NCBI GenBank assembly: GCA_010405405.1
Contig: MU004231.1
Coordinates: 4,204,884 to 4,268,883, forward strand
Length of the DNA stretch: 64,000 nt
From: Microthyrium microscopicum
Taxonomy: Eukaryota
Direction: 5' to 3'
Numbering within the stretch: the stretch's first letter is position 1; each line of letters begins with the position of its first letter. The notes beneath the pieces were generated by a model, which was given only the letters and a program-made list of their open reading frames with translations, searched no databases and was not told the origin of the DNA. The translations under genes were made by a program, and so were the position numbers. This document shows, in pieces, positions 49,017-62,796 of this stretch.

Positions 49017-52000
49017 TCACAAAAAACCTTTCGTATTGCTTATCTTTCGTGATAACCTCGATGCCGAGGGCGACAAAGCATTAGCTCCTGCAATAGCGGC
49101 CGCATCAGGGGCTGGTGTTGCCTCTTTGGCCGTCGCACTGTTCTGGCTGGCTCCAGATATATTTCGTCGTCCGCGTACACTGCCGTAGCTGGGCACTCGT
49201 AGAGTACCTGTACCATTGCTTCGTACTGTGCCAGCTCGTTCAAAGCGGAGACCTTTCCAGCCTTCTAGTTCTCGCTCGAGCCGTAGAGAGTGCTCTTTGG
49301 CCTCGCGAAGCTCACGCTCTGCTCGCTTTGCGATGAGCTGGGCGGCGGAATCGGATGTTTGGAGTTCCTCGATGGTTTGTAGAAGGTTGGAAATCTTGTC
49401 CCGAGATTTAGTGAGATCTTCATTCAGTGAGTTGACAGTCTTATCCCGTCGATCGATTTGAGTTTGAAGATCTCGAACGCTCCGGTCGTGGTTCCGGTTG
49501 GAACGGTTATTGGTATTGAGATTTGATTCTGCAGTCTCAAGTGCGTTTTCGAGCTATAATTTTGTCAGTATATCGAGATTTTTCTGGTTTAGAACATGAC
49601 ATACCTCTTGAATCCGGCCATGAAGGAACTTGACATCGTGGCTCGCTGTCGAGTAACCTTTTGTCTCAAGATCAACCACCTTGAGCTGCAATTCCTTGAC
49701 ACTCTTTTCTATCGCCGCCTTCTCCTTGTGCAGCTGCACATTTGAATCACGCTCGCCTTGCAGATCCTTTTGTGACTCTTGCGCGAGAGCCTCAGCCCGT
49801 CTCATCTTGCCCACTGCCGCCTCGACAATGTCTTCCTGCTGCGCAAGTTTGCCCTTGAGATCGAGCAAGTCGCGATCAATGGCAGCTGCATTGCGTACCG
49901 ATGGAGATTCGTCTTTGCTGAGATCATCGAGACGCTCCACAGCATCAGCCAAACGGTTCTCTAGCGTCTTCTTCTCGCGAAGAATTGCATCGCGATCGGC
50001 GGCGGCCTCGTCTACGTTTTGGCGCAGACTGCGCACTTGCCCGAGGAGAGAGACGATCTTGCCTTGAGCGTCATTGTGTGCGGCCACAGCATCATCTCGT
50101 GAGCTGTTGAGTTCTTGCATGACCATTTCTAGGCGAGACTTTTCCTTCGCCCAGGTGGAGCTGTTGATAACCTCGTCATCCCACTTTCCGTGCAGCTCTT
50201 CGATTTCGTCGCGTAGACGAGCATTTTCTTCGCGCTCATGGAGGAGATTATCACGTTCAACCTCCAATTCATTGCCGAGGGAAGCAAGCTCGGTTTGATA
50301 CTTCTTGCGTGTCTGCTCAAAAGACGTTTCCTTGTCTTCAATATCGATGGCACGCTGGCTACGATAGTCTTCGACCTCATTTTGAAGGCGGCGTCTGGCT
50401 TGGAGTACTCCTTCGTGGTCTGCCGCAAGGTCTTCCAGGCGCTCCTCGTATTGCTGGACTTGTCGTTGAAGATCCTCTACGTTAGCATCAAGAGTCTTGC
50501 GTTCAGACATGATGTTGGCGCATGTCTCTTCAACCTCGCGAGCTTGCGTCTTGGCGAATTGTTCGGCGCGGGTAGCTTTCAGAACTGCTATTTCCGCTTG
50601 CTCGAGCTTACTGAAATACTCGTCCGCGCGAGCCTTGTAGAGCTCTAAACTGCTGGTAACATCGACCAGCTTGGAGGACTCACTGTCAAGGCGGATTTGA
50701 AGATCAGCAAATTCCTGCAAGAGCTGAGAATGGCCAGCTGATTCACGCTCGCGTTCATATTGCAAGTCATTGAGCTCAGATTTCACATCGCGTAATTCAA
50801 CGTCAAGATGTGTCTTTACGCTCTTGACTTCATCAAACGCAGTCTTGGCATCAGCAAGATCGTTAATGGCTGCAGTATGCGCCTGTGCTAAGCTCTTGCG
50901 CGCGTTTTCTTGCGAGCTGATGAAATCGTACAACTCCTGGTGTGACTTAGCTTGAACTTGATCGAGGCTGAGTTGACCAGCACGGAGGCTCTTCTCAAGG
51001 ACAGCTTCTTTTTTGGCACTGCTGTCGAGTTGAAGATGCAATTTGGTGTTCTCGCGTTCGAGCTTCTGTAGACGGCGCGTGGAAGGCGAACCATCACTTT
51101 CCCAGCTCCTAACGGTCGAGTTACGCTCAATTTGGGTTTGCAAGTGACGGTTGCGCATCTCACTCATTTGAAGTTGGTTCTGGACTAATTCCAATTCTGC
51201 CTCAAGATCCATCTTGCCGATTTGTGTGATGGTGTCAGTAGTGCGATCCGATCGTGCTGAAGTATCGGTAGCATCGCTGATATGGCGTTGATTCTTGGGC
51301 GTAGTCGTAGGTGAGAATGGTCGTCGGTTATCAGTGTTAGAGAGACCACGGAAATGGCCCGGTGCTGGAGAGCTTCGAGGGTTGACCTGTCCATTAGACA
51401 TTTCATCCATAAGAGCACGTTTTGATCCAACATGGCGAGCCTCCAGATCTGTGATTTCAATTCCGTGTCGATCGCGAAGAGTCTCCAGTTGAGTTTCTAG
51501 CATCTCACATCGTTCATCGGCAATTCGGAGAGCTTGTTCGCTGGAGTTTAGACGCTTGGCAAGATCGACACTCTCATTGATTGATGATTTGACGGCCTCA
51601 TATGAAGTTGGCTGTGATGAGGCATTTGGATCGAATACTTTACGAAGGAGGACCAACTGATTGCGAGTTTCCTCGAGCTCGTGGTTTGCCTGGTCAAGAG
51701 AAGACTGAACGGTTCGTGTATTTGTCTGTGCTTGAGTTCTTAGCTGGCGCTCAGTTTCGAGTTTTCGATTAGCTTCTGCGAGTTGAAGAGTAACAGTCGA
51801 AGATTGCTTCTCGGCGTTACGACTCGTCTTGTGCTCCCGAGTGACTTCGTGCGTCAGATCCTCGAGATTAAGCGAAAGCTTTTCCTTCTGCTTCTCTAGG
51901 GATGAAATTGTAAGCTGCGCATCAGCAAGTTGGCGTTGTAGCTTTTTGTTATCTTCGTCCGTCTTGGACTTTTCGTTGGTAAGAGTCGATATCCGCCCAC

Positions 52001-55000
52001 GACTAGCATCACCAGCGCGAGAGTTTGATCGTGCAATGTCAAGGTTCTTTTGCTGGATCTTGTTTAGAAGTGCGCGATTGTCATTTTCAGATGCGGTTAG
52101 TCGGCCACGAAGAGATACCACTTCTCGCTCAAGTCGCTCCTTGTGCTGGTCGTCATGTGTCCTAAAATTATCCGACTCGGCCATCATCTGGGTGAGACCT
52201 TGGACTTCATCAGCTAGCTTCGCGCACTCCTGGTCCAGCTCCGCTATCTGGCGATCCTTGGCTTCAATCTCGCGCCGTAACACAGCCTGGCGTTCGCTTG
52301 CAACCTTCATGATGCGCTTTTCGGCTTCCGTATCCGCCGCGAGTTTTGCTTCTTGAGCATGAATGTATTGCTCCCGGACTTGACGCAACTCCTTGCGGAT
52401 TTCATTGCGCTCGGTCTCAGCAGCATCACGCGACTCGATTGTGCGGCGAAGTACGTCTTGTTGGTTGTATAGCTCTTTCTCAATCGTAATCTTGCTCTCG
52501 TTAAGAGCATCGAATTTCCGCTTGAGTTCGCCGAACTTGTGGTCTCCGAGCATTTGGACATCGTCTCTAGATTGACGTTCGCGAGTGAGATCTGCTTGGA
52601 CTTGCTGTAGCTGTTCTCGCAGCTCTCCGACTTGCTTCTCTAAGATTTTTCGCCCTTCGTCATCAGTTATGCGTTGTTCCAGTTGTCGTTTTGCATCCAC
52701 AGCATCGCGCTGAGCCTGTTCTTTGTGAAGCTTATGAGATTCCACCTCAGCTTGGAGACTTCGTAGCTGGGTTTGTATCGAATCATGTCGAGTTGTGAGA
52801 GATCGCTTCTCGAATTCAAATGCTGAACGCTCTGAGTCGTGCTTGCGAACATCAGATTTCAAGAGAGCAAGCTCTGATTCCTTTTGTCGGATGACATCTT
52901 CGAAGCTTGTGGATGTGGAAGATAAGTCTGCCATTTGTTGACGAATTTGCTTGTTCTCTTCCTGCAAGTCTCGAGCTTGTTTCTTTGATGCGGCAAGTTC
53001 CTTGGAGGAAGCTGCTAGCTTCACATCGAGGTCCTGAGCAGTTTTCAGAGTTCGTGATTCCATGTCAGCATTCTTGCGCTCTGCCAGAGCTATTTGACTC
53101 TCAAGCATGTGAACTTCTTGCGTCAGACGTTCTTCTTGCTCAGATCTCTGGGATTTGGCCTGTTCCAACTCTTCTAGTTGCTCTTCGAGCTCTTGGATCT
53201 TTCCGGCAAGTTGCTGTTTCTCGCCTTCAAGCGCCTTGATCATATCCGCGGCCTTCAAAAGCTCTTCTTGCCAAGTATCAGCCTCGCCTTCGGATTTCTT
53301 CTGAGATTGGATTATAGCGTCGAGCTCCTCCTCGAGTTTATCTTGATCTTCCAGAGCGGCTGCGAGTTCTTCCGACAATTGCATCTCACGATCTTGCAAT
53401 CGCTTGAAAATTTCATCTTTGTCCAGTGCCAGAGCTCGCTCGCTCTCGAGGGTTTGCTGAATCTTGTGAATTTCGCCTTCGGCCCGTCTCCGCTCGTCGT
53501 CTAGGCGCTGCTTCTCGGCGGCTTCAGCTTCAATCTTGTGTTGGAATTCTTGTATCATCTCATCGCGACGCTTGAGCTCTGCCGCTTGTCGGGTTGCGCC
53601 TAGTAAAGGCTTCATTCGAACAAACAGTCGCCACCAGGGATTGGCCTGCAGGTCGAGGTAAACTTGAAAATTACGCTGTATGATCCGAGTAGCTTCCGCT
53701 CGATATAGCTTCTTGTGAGCAATTCTACGCTGAACAAAACCACGAGATAGTGATTGAAATCGAGTCATGATGTCACTAATGAGCTTGTCACGACGTTCCT
53801 CAAGGTCCGCAAGGACACCTGCGCGGAAGAAAACTTTGGTGAGACCCACGCGGTAGAAGGACGTGTCCATGTTGAGCTTTTCCAGCATTATCTTGGCTGC
53901 CACTTGGCCCTCCAGGTAAGTATTTGGCATGTCGTGACACAGTACTTCGTATCGCTGTCGAAACTCGGTGAAAGAGAGACGATTAGGGAAACCAGTTCGA
54001 GCAATCCGTATGCCTTCAAGAACGCCATTGCATCGGAGTTGATCGAGGACAAGTGGCGCGTTAAACTGCTTGGCTTTCTTTTTGTGATTGGGCAAAATAC
54101 ATCGTACAAAATGTGGATGGGTGGAATGCAGTTGGTTCATGAGAGTGCCCAATTGCTCCTTGTGACGTTGAGCAACTGTTCGGAAAAGGCCCTTCTTCAC
54201 ACGGTTCTTCGTTGAGCCAAAATCATCCTCAGTTTCAGCGCAGTCTGCGAATAGAGTGGCGATGTGCTTGTCAGAGGAGGCAGCCAAAAGTCGAGTGACA
54301 TTGTCGTTCAAAGGGTCCTTGTTCTTCTCCAACCAGCCCTGCGTTGAATATTCAACTTCTGCAGCGTAATGGGTCAGGATGAAACCCTGTGATCTCAATG
54401 CCCGCCTATATTTTGGAGTCTTGCGATCCCAGAGTTGATTCAGCTTATCAGTAAAACTTGCATCAGTTGCCTTTGGCATGACACTGTCTTCATCCAAGCA
54501 GGAGAAGATACCAATGGGGTTTGATACTTCGATCAAGTCAATCGTAGGTTGTAGATCCTTTCCAAAGTCGATGAACTTCCACTCAATTTGTTCTCGAGCA
54601 TATTCCTCTTGCTCTAGCACGAACATGTGATGATTGAAAAATTGCTGGAGCTTTTCGTTGGTAAAGTTGATGCAGAGCTGCTCAAAGCTGTTTTCTTCAA
54701 AGATTTCGAAACCAGCAATATCGAGCACTCCGATGAAATGGGAGTCATCTGAACCAGCACCATTGCGATTGAGCTGGCGATTGATACGGGTAACCAGATC
54801 CCCGAATTGACGCTCATAGATACCCTTGGCAAGCGCATCAATCGCGAGTCGTACTTGCTCAGGCGTTTGAACTTTCTGAACCCATTCACGGCCAGCTTTG
54901 ACACGAGGATGAAGCAGACCGTTGATGAATGGCTCGGATGGAATATTAAGGAGATAGGCAACGAGTTCGGCTTGTTTGATGCCGGCGGGATCCATATATG

Positions 55001-56476
55001 CCTGATCAGCACGCATGCTTTCTTTCACGACAGACATGTTGCCTAGATGAAGAACTGCTGCCACGGTCCGCAGTATCGATGCTTGTTCTTTTTCGGAGAA
55101 GCCCATGATATGAAATGCCTCTATCAGGTAGTTCCATTCATCCTGATCAGAAACTCCAGATATTGTGTCGTTGCCTTGCCGGGTGTAGTCAAAGTCCTCG
55201 ATATCTAGGTTTCCGAGTCCAAGGTCACGCTTCATTTTGGAGTCGGCTCCTCGAAGGAGCTGGTAAAAAACATGGTAGCTCCGCTCTGTGGAATTGAGCC
55301 GTACCACTCGGGACTTCTCCAGTAGATACCAGTCGATATAAGCTCCTGCGATTTGGCCAGAGCGAGTAAATTCGATTCGAATGAACTTGCCAAAACGTGA
55401 AGAATTGTTGTTTCGCACGGTTTGCGCATTGCCAAATGCTTCCAGTATGGGATTGGCGCGCAATATTTGCTCGGAGAGAGTAGATATGTGTTTTGTGCCT
55501 GACTTGGCAGCTCGAGGTGTATCGGTCGTTGCAACCGCGGCCAGATATTGAATGACCTTTTTTGTATTCTCGGTCTTTCCGGCACCAGATTCTCCAGTAA
55601 CTAGGATGCTTTGATTCTGCCCTTCTTCAACCAAGTTTCTGAATGCCTCGTCTGCAATGGCGTAGATATGTGGCTTCGTATCTTCGCGGCTCCGGCCTCG
55701 GTACATATTTATATATTCTCGGGTATATATGGGTAGGGGGCAGTAAGGGTTTATCGTGACGAGGAAAAGTCCGGAGTATGTCTATTGAGATGATTAGAAC
55801 TGATACAATCGTGGCGAAAATAGCTTACGTAGATCAAATCCGCTTGATATCGCATATGAAGATTATGGACCACAGAAGCCTCATTTAGGTGTGTCAATTC
55901 AGCCATATCATTGGCTTTATCGAATTTCGCAGGATTGACGTTATCAACATCATCGCTGTGAGCTTCTCGTTGCTACGCAATATTAGCATTTGTAACTCCA
56001 ACCAGAGCGGCCTTCATTCTTACAGATCCGTCATCGCATTGAACCACCAACACGTTGTTGTCGAGTTCTTCCACTACCCATCCTTTGACAAAGGCGGTAG
56101 TTGGATCTTTCAACCAGACATATCTCTTGCCTGAGAAATCATTTTCGCCTTCTATGCCATCAATTTGCGCCATTGGCTTTTGCATATCCTCGGACTTGAT
56201 AAATGTAGGGGCAAAAGTACCCGTGGCTGGTGTAGTACTTCGATATGAGTTTGAACGCTTGCGTAGCGAGTTTGTCCGTCCAGGGCCATTCTGGAGTGCC
56301 GTCAATGGCGAAAAAGATTGGTTTCTAGCATGTCCGGATGGCGACGAAGTGGGGGATGACATGATCATGGAAACAGGGCGTGTGTTGACATGCGCGGGAC
56401 CGGGAGAAGGGGATGGAGAGGCTCTACTAAACGGGCTGTTCCGCCATTTTGGACCTGAGGGTGCTGGAGCACTCAT
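49017..56476 (-). CDS. myo2: Myosin type II heavy chain; introns 56023-55973, 55828-55782 and 49604-49554
   Basis: P-loop GESGAGKT, '[21 protein letters not shown]', 'DIAGFE', '[13 protein letters not shown]', IQ region, long heptad coiled-coil tail, C-terminus '[10 protein letters not shown]'. Confidence 0.97.
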
Positions 56477-56669
56477 TCTGGGAGTTGAACTTGTTGTTTG
56501 GCACGAACGGATGTAGGTGGTGAGGGTTACTCGAACATTTCAAGAGGAATTTGAAGAACAGTAAATTCTTGTGGGGTTAGTATCTGGCAGGATGAAGGAC
56601 TGGTCGTCCAAGAAAGTCATTAATTCGTGATTGATGTGGTGGTGAGTATAGGATCTGCCTGTTGCATGG

Positions 56670-56727
56670 TGTTTACTTGCATTGTTTACTTGGTCGTCAA
56701 GAAGACCTCCCCCTACACGCGACGCGT
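56670..56727. promoter_or_regulatory. Tandem forkhead sites and an MCB-like element in the myosin II / Red1-like divergent promoter
   Basis: TGTTTAC at 56670-56676 and 56683-56689; ACGCGACGCGT at 56717-56727. Confidence 0.5.
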
Positions 56728-57144
56728 CCAATCGGCCTCACCTCGGCTTTCTAAGCGCCCTGCTTAGCGCTCTCCACCTCATCTCTGCTCCCGATGGAAG
56801 TTTGAACTTTCCTGATCACTCAATCTTTCCAACTCCTGGATTCTGTCGCATTCCTTCGCGTTATCTATTCGGCGTTATTCCGATCGACTCCATCATCACA
56901 TCAACTGGAACTTTCCCCTTCATGACCCTTACGATCCTCTTCATCTAGTAAACGCGACAGACCTTCTTGTCTGTACAACATTATTCCATAACCGTGAACT
57001 GCTTTAACATTGAGGCGCGTTGCACCCAAACGAAAAGAGCCTGTTTGACCAATTTCGACTCCCACCCTATATCACATATGTCCCTATGCTCAAGCTTCGA
57101 TATATCACGTTGGATAAGAGACATAGGAGCTAAGAGCAGTAGTC

Positions 57145-60100
57145 ATGGACCCTTTTCAAGCAAACAACGATAATATACCGCTGGGATTTGCGCCGCCACC
57201 AAATCGCATGTCAAATCGCATGTCAGAGCATCAGTCGCCTAGTAGCTTCCCGAGTATTATGCCCTCTGCACTGGGACAGTTAGGTGGAGTCGTTCCGCCT
57301 CCGCCTCCACAATTCATGAACGGGCAAATGGGTGACATCAACCCATTGATGTTGCAACAGTTTTGGCGTATGGCATCTGGCCAATCGCCCTTTCCCGGAA
57401 TGCCATTTGATTTTCATAATCAGATCCAAAACTCGCCTCATGGTTTCCCCGGGGCTCAATCTCCCCCAGGAAGTCAGAGCTATTCTATGATAGAGACCTA
57501 CAAGGGAAACGAGACGAACATGGAAAGCTTGCCGGGCAAGCCAGGGAGCAATGGATTAAACCAGAGATATGGCGGCAACAATGATCCGCCAAAAGGTACC
57601 TCCATCGAATCTCGAATAAGAGGTTCGGAGGTGGTTCCTCTAGATCAAGGTATGTTTTCTTTCCCTCAGTGCGCGCATGCAACAATTATCCCGTTCTTAT
57701 TACTCGTCTTGTATCGTCCATATTGGTCATGATCCTTGTTCATTGGACTATGATCTTTTCATGACCTCGATTGTACTTGCCACAGTTTATCCTTACTTTC
57801 TGAAGTGCCTCAGCAAGCCACTGTGGGAGTAACCTTGAGCATACTCACTTGTATCGGCTCATGTATTTTCAGAAGTGACTGCCAAATCTGTAGCTAGTAC
57901 CTCCTTCCTCTACTTTCTGCCAAGCTTCAACGACCTTATGCACATATCACGCAGCATCTTTCTTCTCCCAACACTTCTTTTGCAACTTGAAGGCTCTAAT
58001 TCTCTCCTAGAAACCACCCGTGCCGCTAATCATCCCCCCACAACCGAAGCCAAGGCTTCGCAGAACTCGTTGCTAAGCAGCATGTCAGAATTAAATAGAG
58101 TATCTCAAGGAGACTCGAGTCAACCTTCTGAAATTGTCAATCGGCCGAAAGTCATTGAGTACCTTCATCAACTGAACAAGCAGGGTGTTGGGTTCAATCG
58201 ACTTGTTTCTCTTCTCGGCTTGCAAGGTGAGCAGCTTGACAGATTCCGACAAACGTGGATATCCGAAGGACTTCTTGGTGCGACTGATCCATCTTTTGCA
58301 CCAGCCTCATCTGGAAAGGCTCTTCCACAACAATTTCCACCTGCGGCTCAGGTTCAAAATCGCTTTCAAACTCCTTCCGTGGATCCAAATGCAAAACCTT
58401 CGCAATACACCCCAAGCCCCGGGCCGAAATCTGCGCCAAAGCCTCTTGATACTGTACAACGAGATGCTGCAAAATTCGTGCCTAAGAACACCGTCTCTGT
58501 CATTAAGCCACCTGGATTGAAACCTCCACCTCCAGATAAGGATTCCGTAAACCGTCCAGCATATCTTGCCCGTTTGAGCGCTGCTAAAAAATCCAAACAG
58601 GCCAATGGTGGTCCCGAACCAAACCAAGCAACAAGATCGGCTTCCATGAGCGAGGCCAGCCCAGTGATTCCTCCCAGAACCTTGAAGGACCCATCAAGCA
58701 TTGAAGATCAGATAAAGGATATCGCACTGGTAGCAGGTCTAAACAGTTCCTCAAGCACACCAATTCAACTCAAGCCGCAGATTGCGCCAATTGCTAAGAA
58801 TGCCAAAACTAATAATGAAGTCCTACTTCAGAGACTTGCTTTACTCAAACAGCAACAAAATAAAGCAACCGCTGCTCCAGCCCATCCCAAAACCAGTTTG
58901 ATCACTGAGAAGTCTGGTGCATCGACGCCTTCAAGCATTGATTATGCTTCCACGAATGCCACCAACACACCGATTCAGCAGCCGAGAAAGCTGCCAGTTC
59001 AGGACTCTCCGACGCTCACAATAACATCCCAATCTCCAGCACCCATACTCTCTATCCCGGGTCTCTTCATGGCGCAACCCCCAACTTCGACTACGGTTGA
59101 CTCACCTGTAGTGAATACTACATTGGCCCAGTCAGAGGCTCCTCCGTCTGTGCAGCGGCATAATGGTGCTGATCAACCAGTTGTTTCTAGCAACTTAGCA
59201 TCATCAGGCTATGCTACTCCCAAAAATCGATTCACTCCATACACTCCATATTCGTGGAACCGCCAAAAAGCTCCAGAGACATTGATCATTGATCTTAGTA
59301 GCGATGAGGAGGAAATGGATATAGATGTCGATGATGCAGGTCGATCTCAGCCGTTAGAGGTTAAGACGATGATCAAGACAGTCCCAGATAAGTCTAAAGC
59401 AAGCACGTCGACGCAGCCTGCGGTACCCGAGACCCAGCCTCAAGGTCCTGTTGCGCCGAGTGTTCCATCATCGGGAACGCAAACACCAAAACAAATCAAC
59501 GACATACTAGTCCAGAAGGAAGAAGCTATGGCTGCCATGAGGAAGGCTATCAAGGAACGCATGAAGGCTCAGCGACAGAACAAGGCTGCTTCAAGCTCAA
59601 ACTCCAAAACTTCTAATATGCCTTCAGCTATCCTCGAGCCCTCTGCAATAAGTTCCCCCATCACGCCTGCGGCTAACACAGCGAACAGAACATCGCTTGA
59701 GGTCGACTTGCGCTCAGTTTCTGCTGTTCCTGCAATATCTCCTGTTGTCGATTCATCAGCAGATGTCACTACAGGTGCTGCGAAACCAGCTCAGCCACTA
59801 GATGTAGTAGCACAAGAGCCTCCGCCAAAATCTCCCGAACTTTCTGCCAGAGCAAAACAACTCGAACGAAAACGTCAAGAGATTGATGATGAGCTGGCCG
59901 CAGATGATGCGAAATTGGCAAAAGCCATGGCTGATATGGAACGCCTTCAAGCATCAAGACGGTCTAAACTGGAGGCAAAGGCCAAGCTCGCCCAGGAACT
60001 AAGTGATAAAGGCGTGGATGCCACAGGGATGTCTCATGATGACATGCAGGTAAAATTGGAAAAGATGGAAGAGATTCAGACCCAACAGGCGCCAGAATCT

Positions 60101-61398
60101 ATACAATCCTTTCCAGCACCCTCTCCTGTCGTTCCACAGCCTGAGGAATCTCCCATCGATGTTGATGACGAACCGACGTTTTCGACGAGCGTTTATTCTA
60201 TCAGCAATAATCCATCAAGTCAACCCAGTGGCATGTCGCGGGATCCTGATACCAACAGTCACCCTCCAGTCAACGAACCGCCTGGTCTTGGTCCTTCAAA
60301 GGCCACCGGTGTTGTTCAAGAGCATGTTGATAACAACGCCACGAACGCTGGGGGCGACATTGAGGCTGTATTCGATCCCGTGGAAGAAAACTCCGTTCCA
60401 GCTGAAGCAGCTTCTCCACACGATAGTGTTGAATCCGGTGAAATTGAGGAAGAAGACGATCGCATGATAGGAGATGCAGTGGAGAATGCCGACTCTCAAT
60501 TGAATGAAGAAGAGGAATATGAACCCATGAGTTCTGCCCTCGAGGCAGATGACTCTGAAGAGGAGGACTACACCCCAGACGATTCAGAAATGCCTATGGC
60601 ACTTGATTCTGAAGTAGAATCACTCACATCACAGGATGAAGAAGAAGACTATGATCCTCTTGTTTTAGAACCTGTGGATGGTACTCTGCATAACACAACC
60701 CCTCATACATTTTCTTATCTTACTGCTGACCAGCTAGTCACGGAGGGGTCGAATCAAGACCAGTCAAGTAGTACTACAAGCGAAGTAAGTGGTTTGCCCA
60801 ATGAGTGTACATCGTTGACAATTTTTAGGAAGTTCATCCTACTGGTTTTACTCCCTACGAGAGCCCATTGAAGATATTCAAGGGATATCGTAACCATCCG
60901 GAGTTTCTCAAAAATGTCAAGGGTGGTTACAAATCTCAGACTTACTCCAACAATATTGAGCCTCACATGGTTGTGTGCCCGAGCGAGCTAAGCTGGGGCT
61001 TCTGTAGTACTCCTTCGTGTGGTTGGCAACATTTCAAAGACATGGAACTAAGTGGTGCGTAAAGGGAAAATGCACTCAACCGCCTTCATGTTATGTCCCC
61101 AATGGTTTCACCATTACTCCTCTTCCTGCTTTTATTTTACTTTCAGTCGTTGGCCACGTTTGCAAACTAACCCCGAGTCTAACCTCCAGATCAACATATT
61201 CTCGTTCAATTAGGCACTGAATGTCCTACCAACGATCCAAAGGATCAGGAGAAATGGAACATTGGCATTCGTGCTATTGTCGAAGACTTCCAAAAGTCGG
61301 GTAACCAAGATCCGAACGTTATCGCGTCAAAGATTGCCGATTACCGACGAGTTTTTGTGGGGGATTCCACTCGAATCTTGAATTTGGGGTTCCCCTGA
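57145..61398 (+). CDS. Red1/ZFC3H1-like zf-C3H1 protein; exons 57145-57649, 58011-60784, 60829-61054, 61190-61398
   Basis: Long disordered and coiled-coil body, 'LIIDLSSDEE', and spliced C-terminus 'FTPYESPLKIFKGYRNHPEF..SQTYSNNIEP..CPSELSWGFCSTPSCGWQHFKDM' (C-x7-C-x4-C-x3-H finger), typical of fungal Red1-like proteins. Confidence 0.78.
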
Positions 61399-62796
61399 AT
61401 TGCAAAGATTTGAGCTTTGCTGTACAATGGTAAGCGCCTGAAAGCCACGGTCTCAAGAGACGTGTAGCTTCCAAGCGGTGTTTTAATATGTGATTTCAAC
61501 CTATTCTTGTCCGACTATATTTCGATACCCAGCATATTCAGCGGCATGGCCAACTTGTTTTTCAGTGCTACTGAGCGAAAGACGGCAGATGATTGAACAG
61601 ATCAGCCGATCAATGACATAGCTCATTGGCAAGCCTTTATTCTTAGAACACCAACCATCAAGGAGCAAAAGTGTAAACTCTACAAGCGAGTTTCTTGATC
61701 CTTTACGACGATTCAATGGCTGTAGAACGCAGTGACTGTACTAGCAGTTGCAGGGAATTCATTGCCTGGTCCGCGTTTGCGATCGAAGACAAGGAGTCGA
61801 ATCTGCCCAGAGCAGCTGGCGACGAACTCGAGGAAGAGACAAAAAGAAAGGAGTCTTGTGATGAGTTTTCGAGCCTTATGGACCCAGTAACAGGGCCATC
61901 CAAAGTGCTTTGCGGTTATGAACTTGCCTATTGCTAAAATAGCTAACAGTAATTGATCAATATTTCAAAATCTCCTTCTTCTCGTCTTGTGAATTCGTTC
62001 TTCAGCCACGTTGATACTGATTCCATTATGGCACACTGGCCCTGGAGTACTTTAGAATAAGCTTTTATAGTTTGCCTTGTGCCAGTATCTGGCGCCTGGA
62101 TGGATTTCCTGGGTTGCGGTTCAATGTAATCCCCTTTAGCAGCGCTTTCTGGCAGATCAATCCAGCATTAACGTTAGCACATTATAAGTCTAAGTAGTAG
62201 CCATGATCAGTCAGCATTACGGAGTATATGCTGATGCAGTTCTTCCGCTCAGAACCGCACCAGATTGTTAGTCGCCTTAGCCTCAAACCCGCTAGCTGCA
62301 CTTCTGGCACTTCTGCATGCAACCTTTGTTCTCGTCCATCTGTTTCAACACCATCTACAATTAATGAAACGACTCCAGAGGTGCAGGCCGTGGTTGGTTA
62401 ACTACAATCTGTTACCCGTGAAACCCTGCTCGTACCAGCCACAAGCTTCGACGACATTGGTGTCGCCTCTTTCAAATCCCAATTGAGTATCGAACCCTGG
62501 AAAGCTCCATACATAAACCTACTACTTCCTGTATAGTGGAGTTTTTGATTCTCTTGGCTTTGCAAGCTTTGCATTGATCTTTTCTCCGCCCAAAGCCTAG
62601 AGCCTGCTCTGATCCCTTCAATACCGTCGCCAATATGGCCTGCTGGTGGTGAGCTTCGAACAATCGTGTTGGCGCATTATAAGTGCAATACTCTAATTTT
62701 CAATGAGATATCGAACCACCTTGATTATCTAGTGCCTATTAGATCAGTTGATAATCCCTTCGTATCACCAAGCTTCTGTGTTGGATCAAAACGACA

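Noticed and set aside
49681..55297. Many plus-strand ORFs antisense to myosin (and similar ORFs opposite other genes)
   Set aside because: Shadow ORFs caused by the codon structure of the real genes.
61500..62200. Coding-looking open stretches on the minus strand between the Red1-like and DUF2985-like genes
   Set aside because: Could not build a consistent start/splice/stop model; pseudogene status is unsupported without homology.
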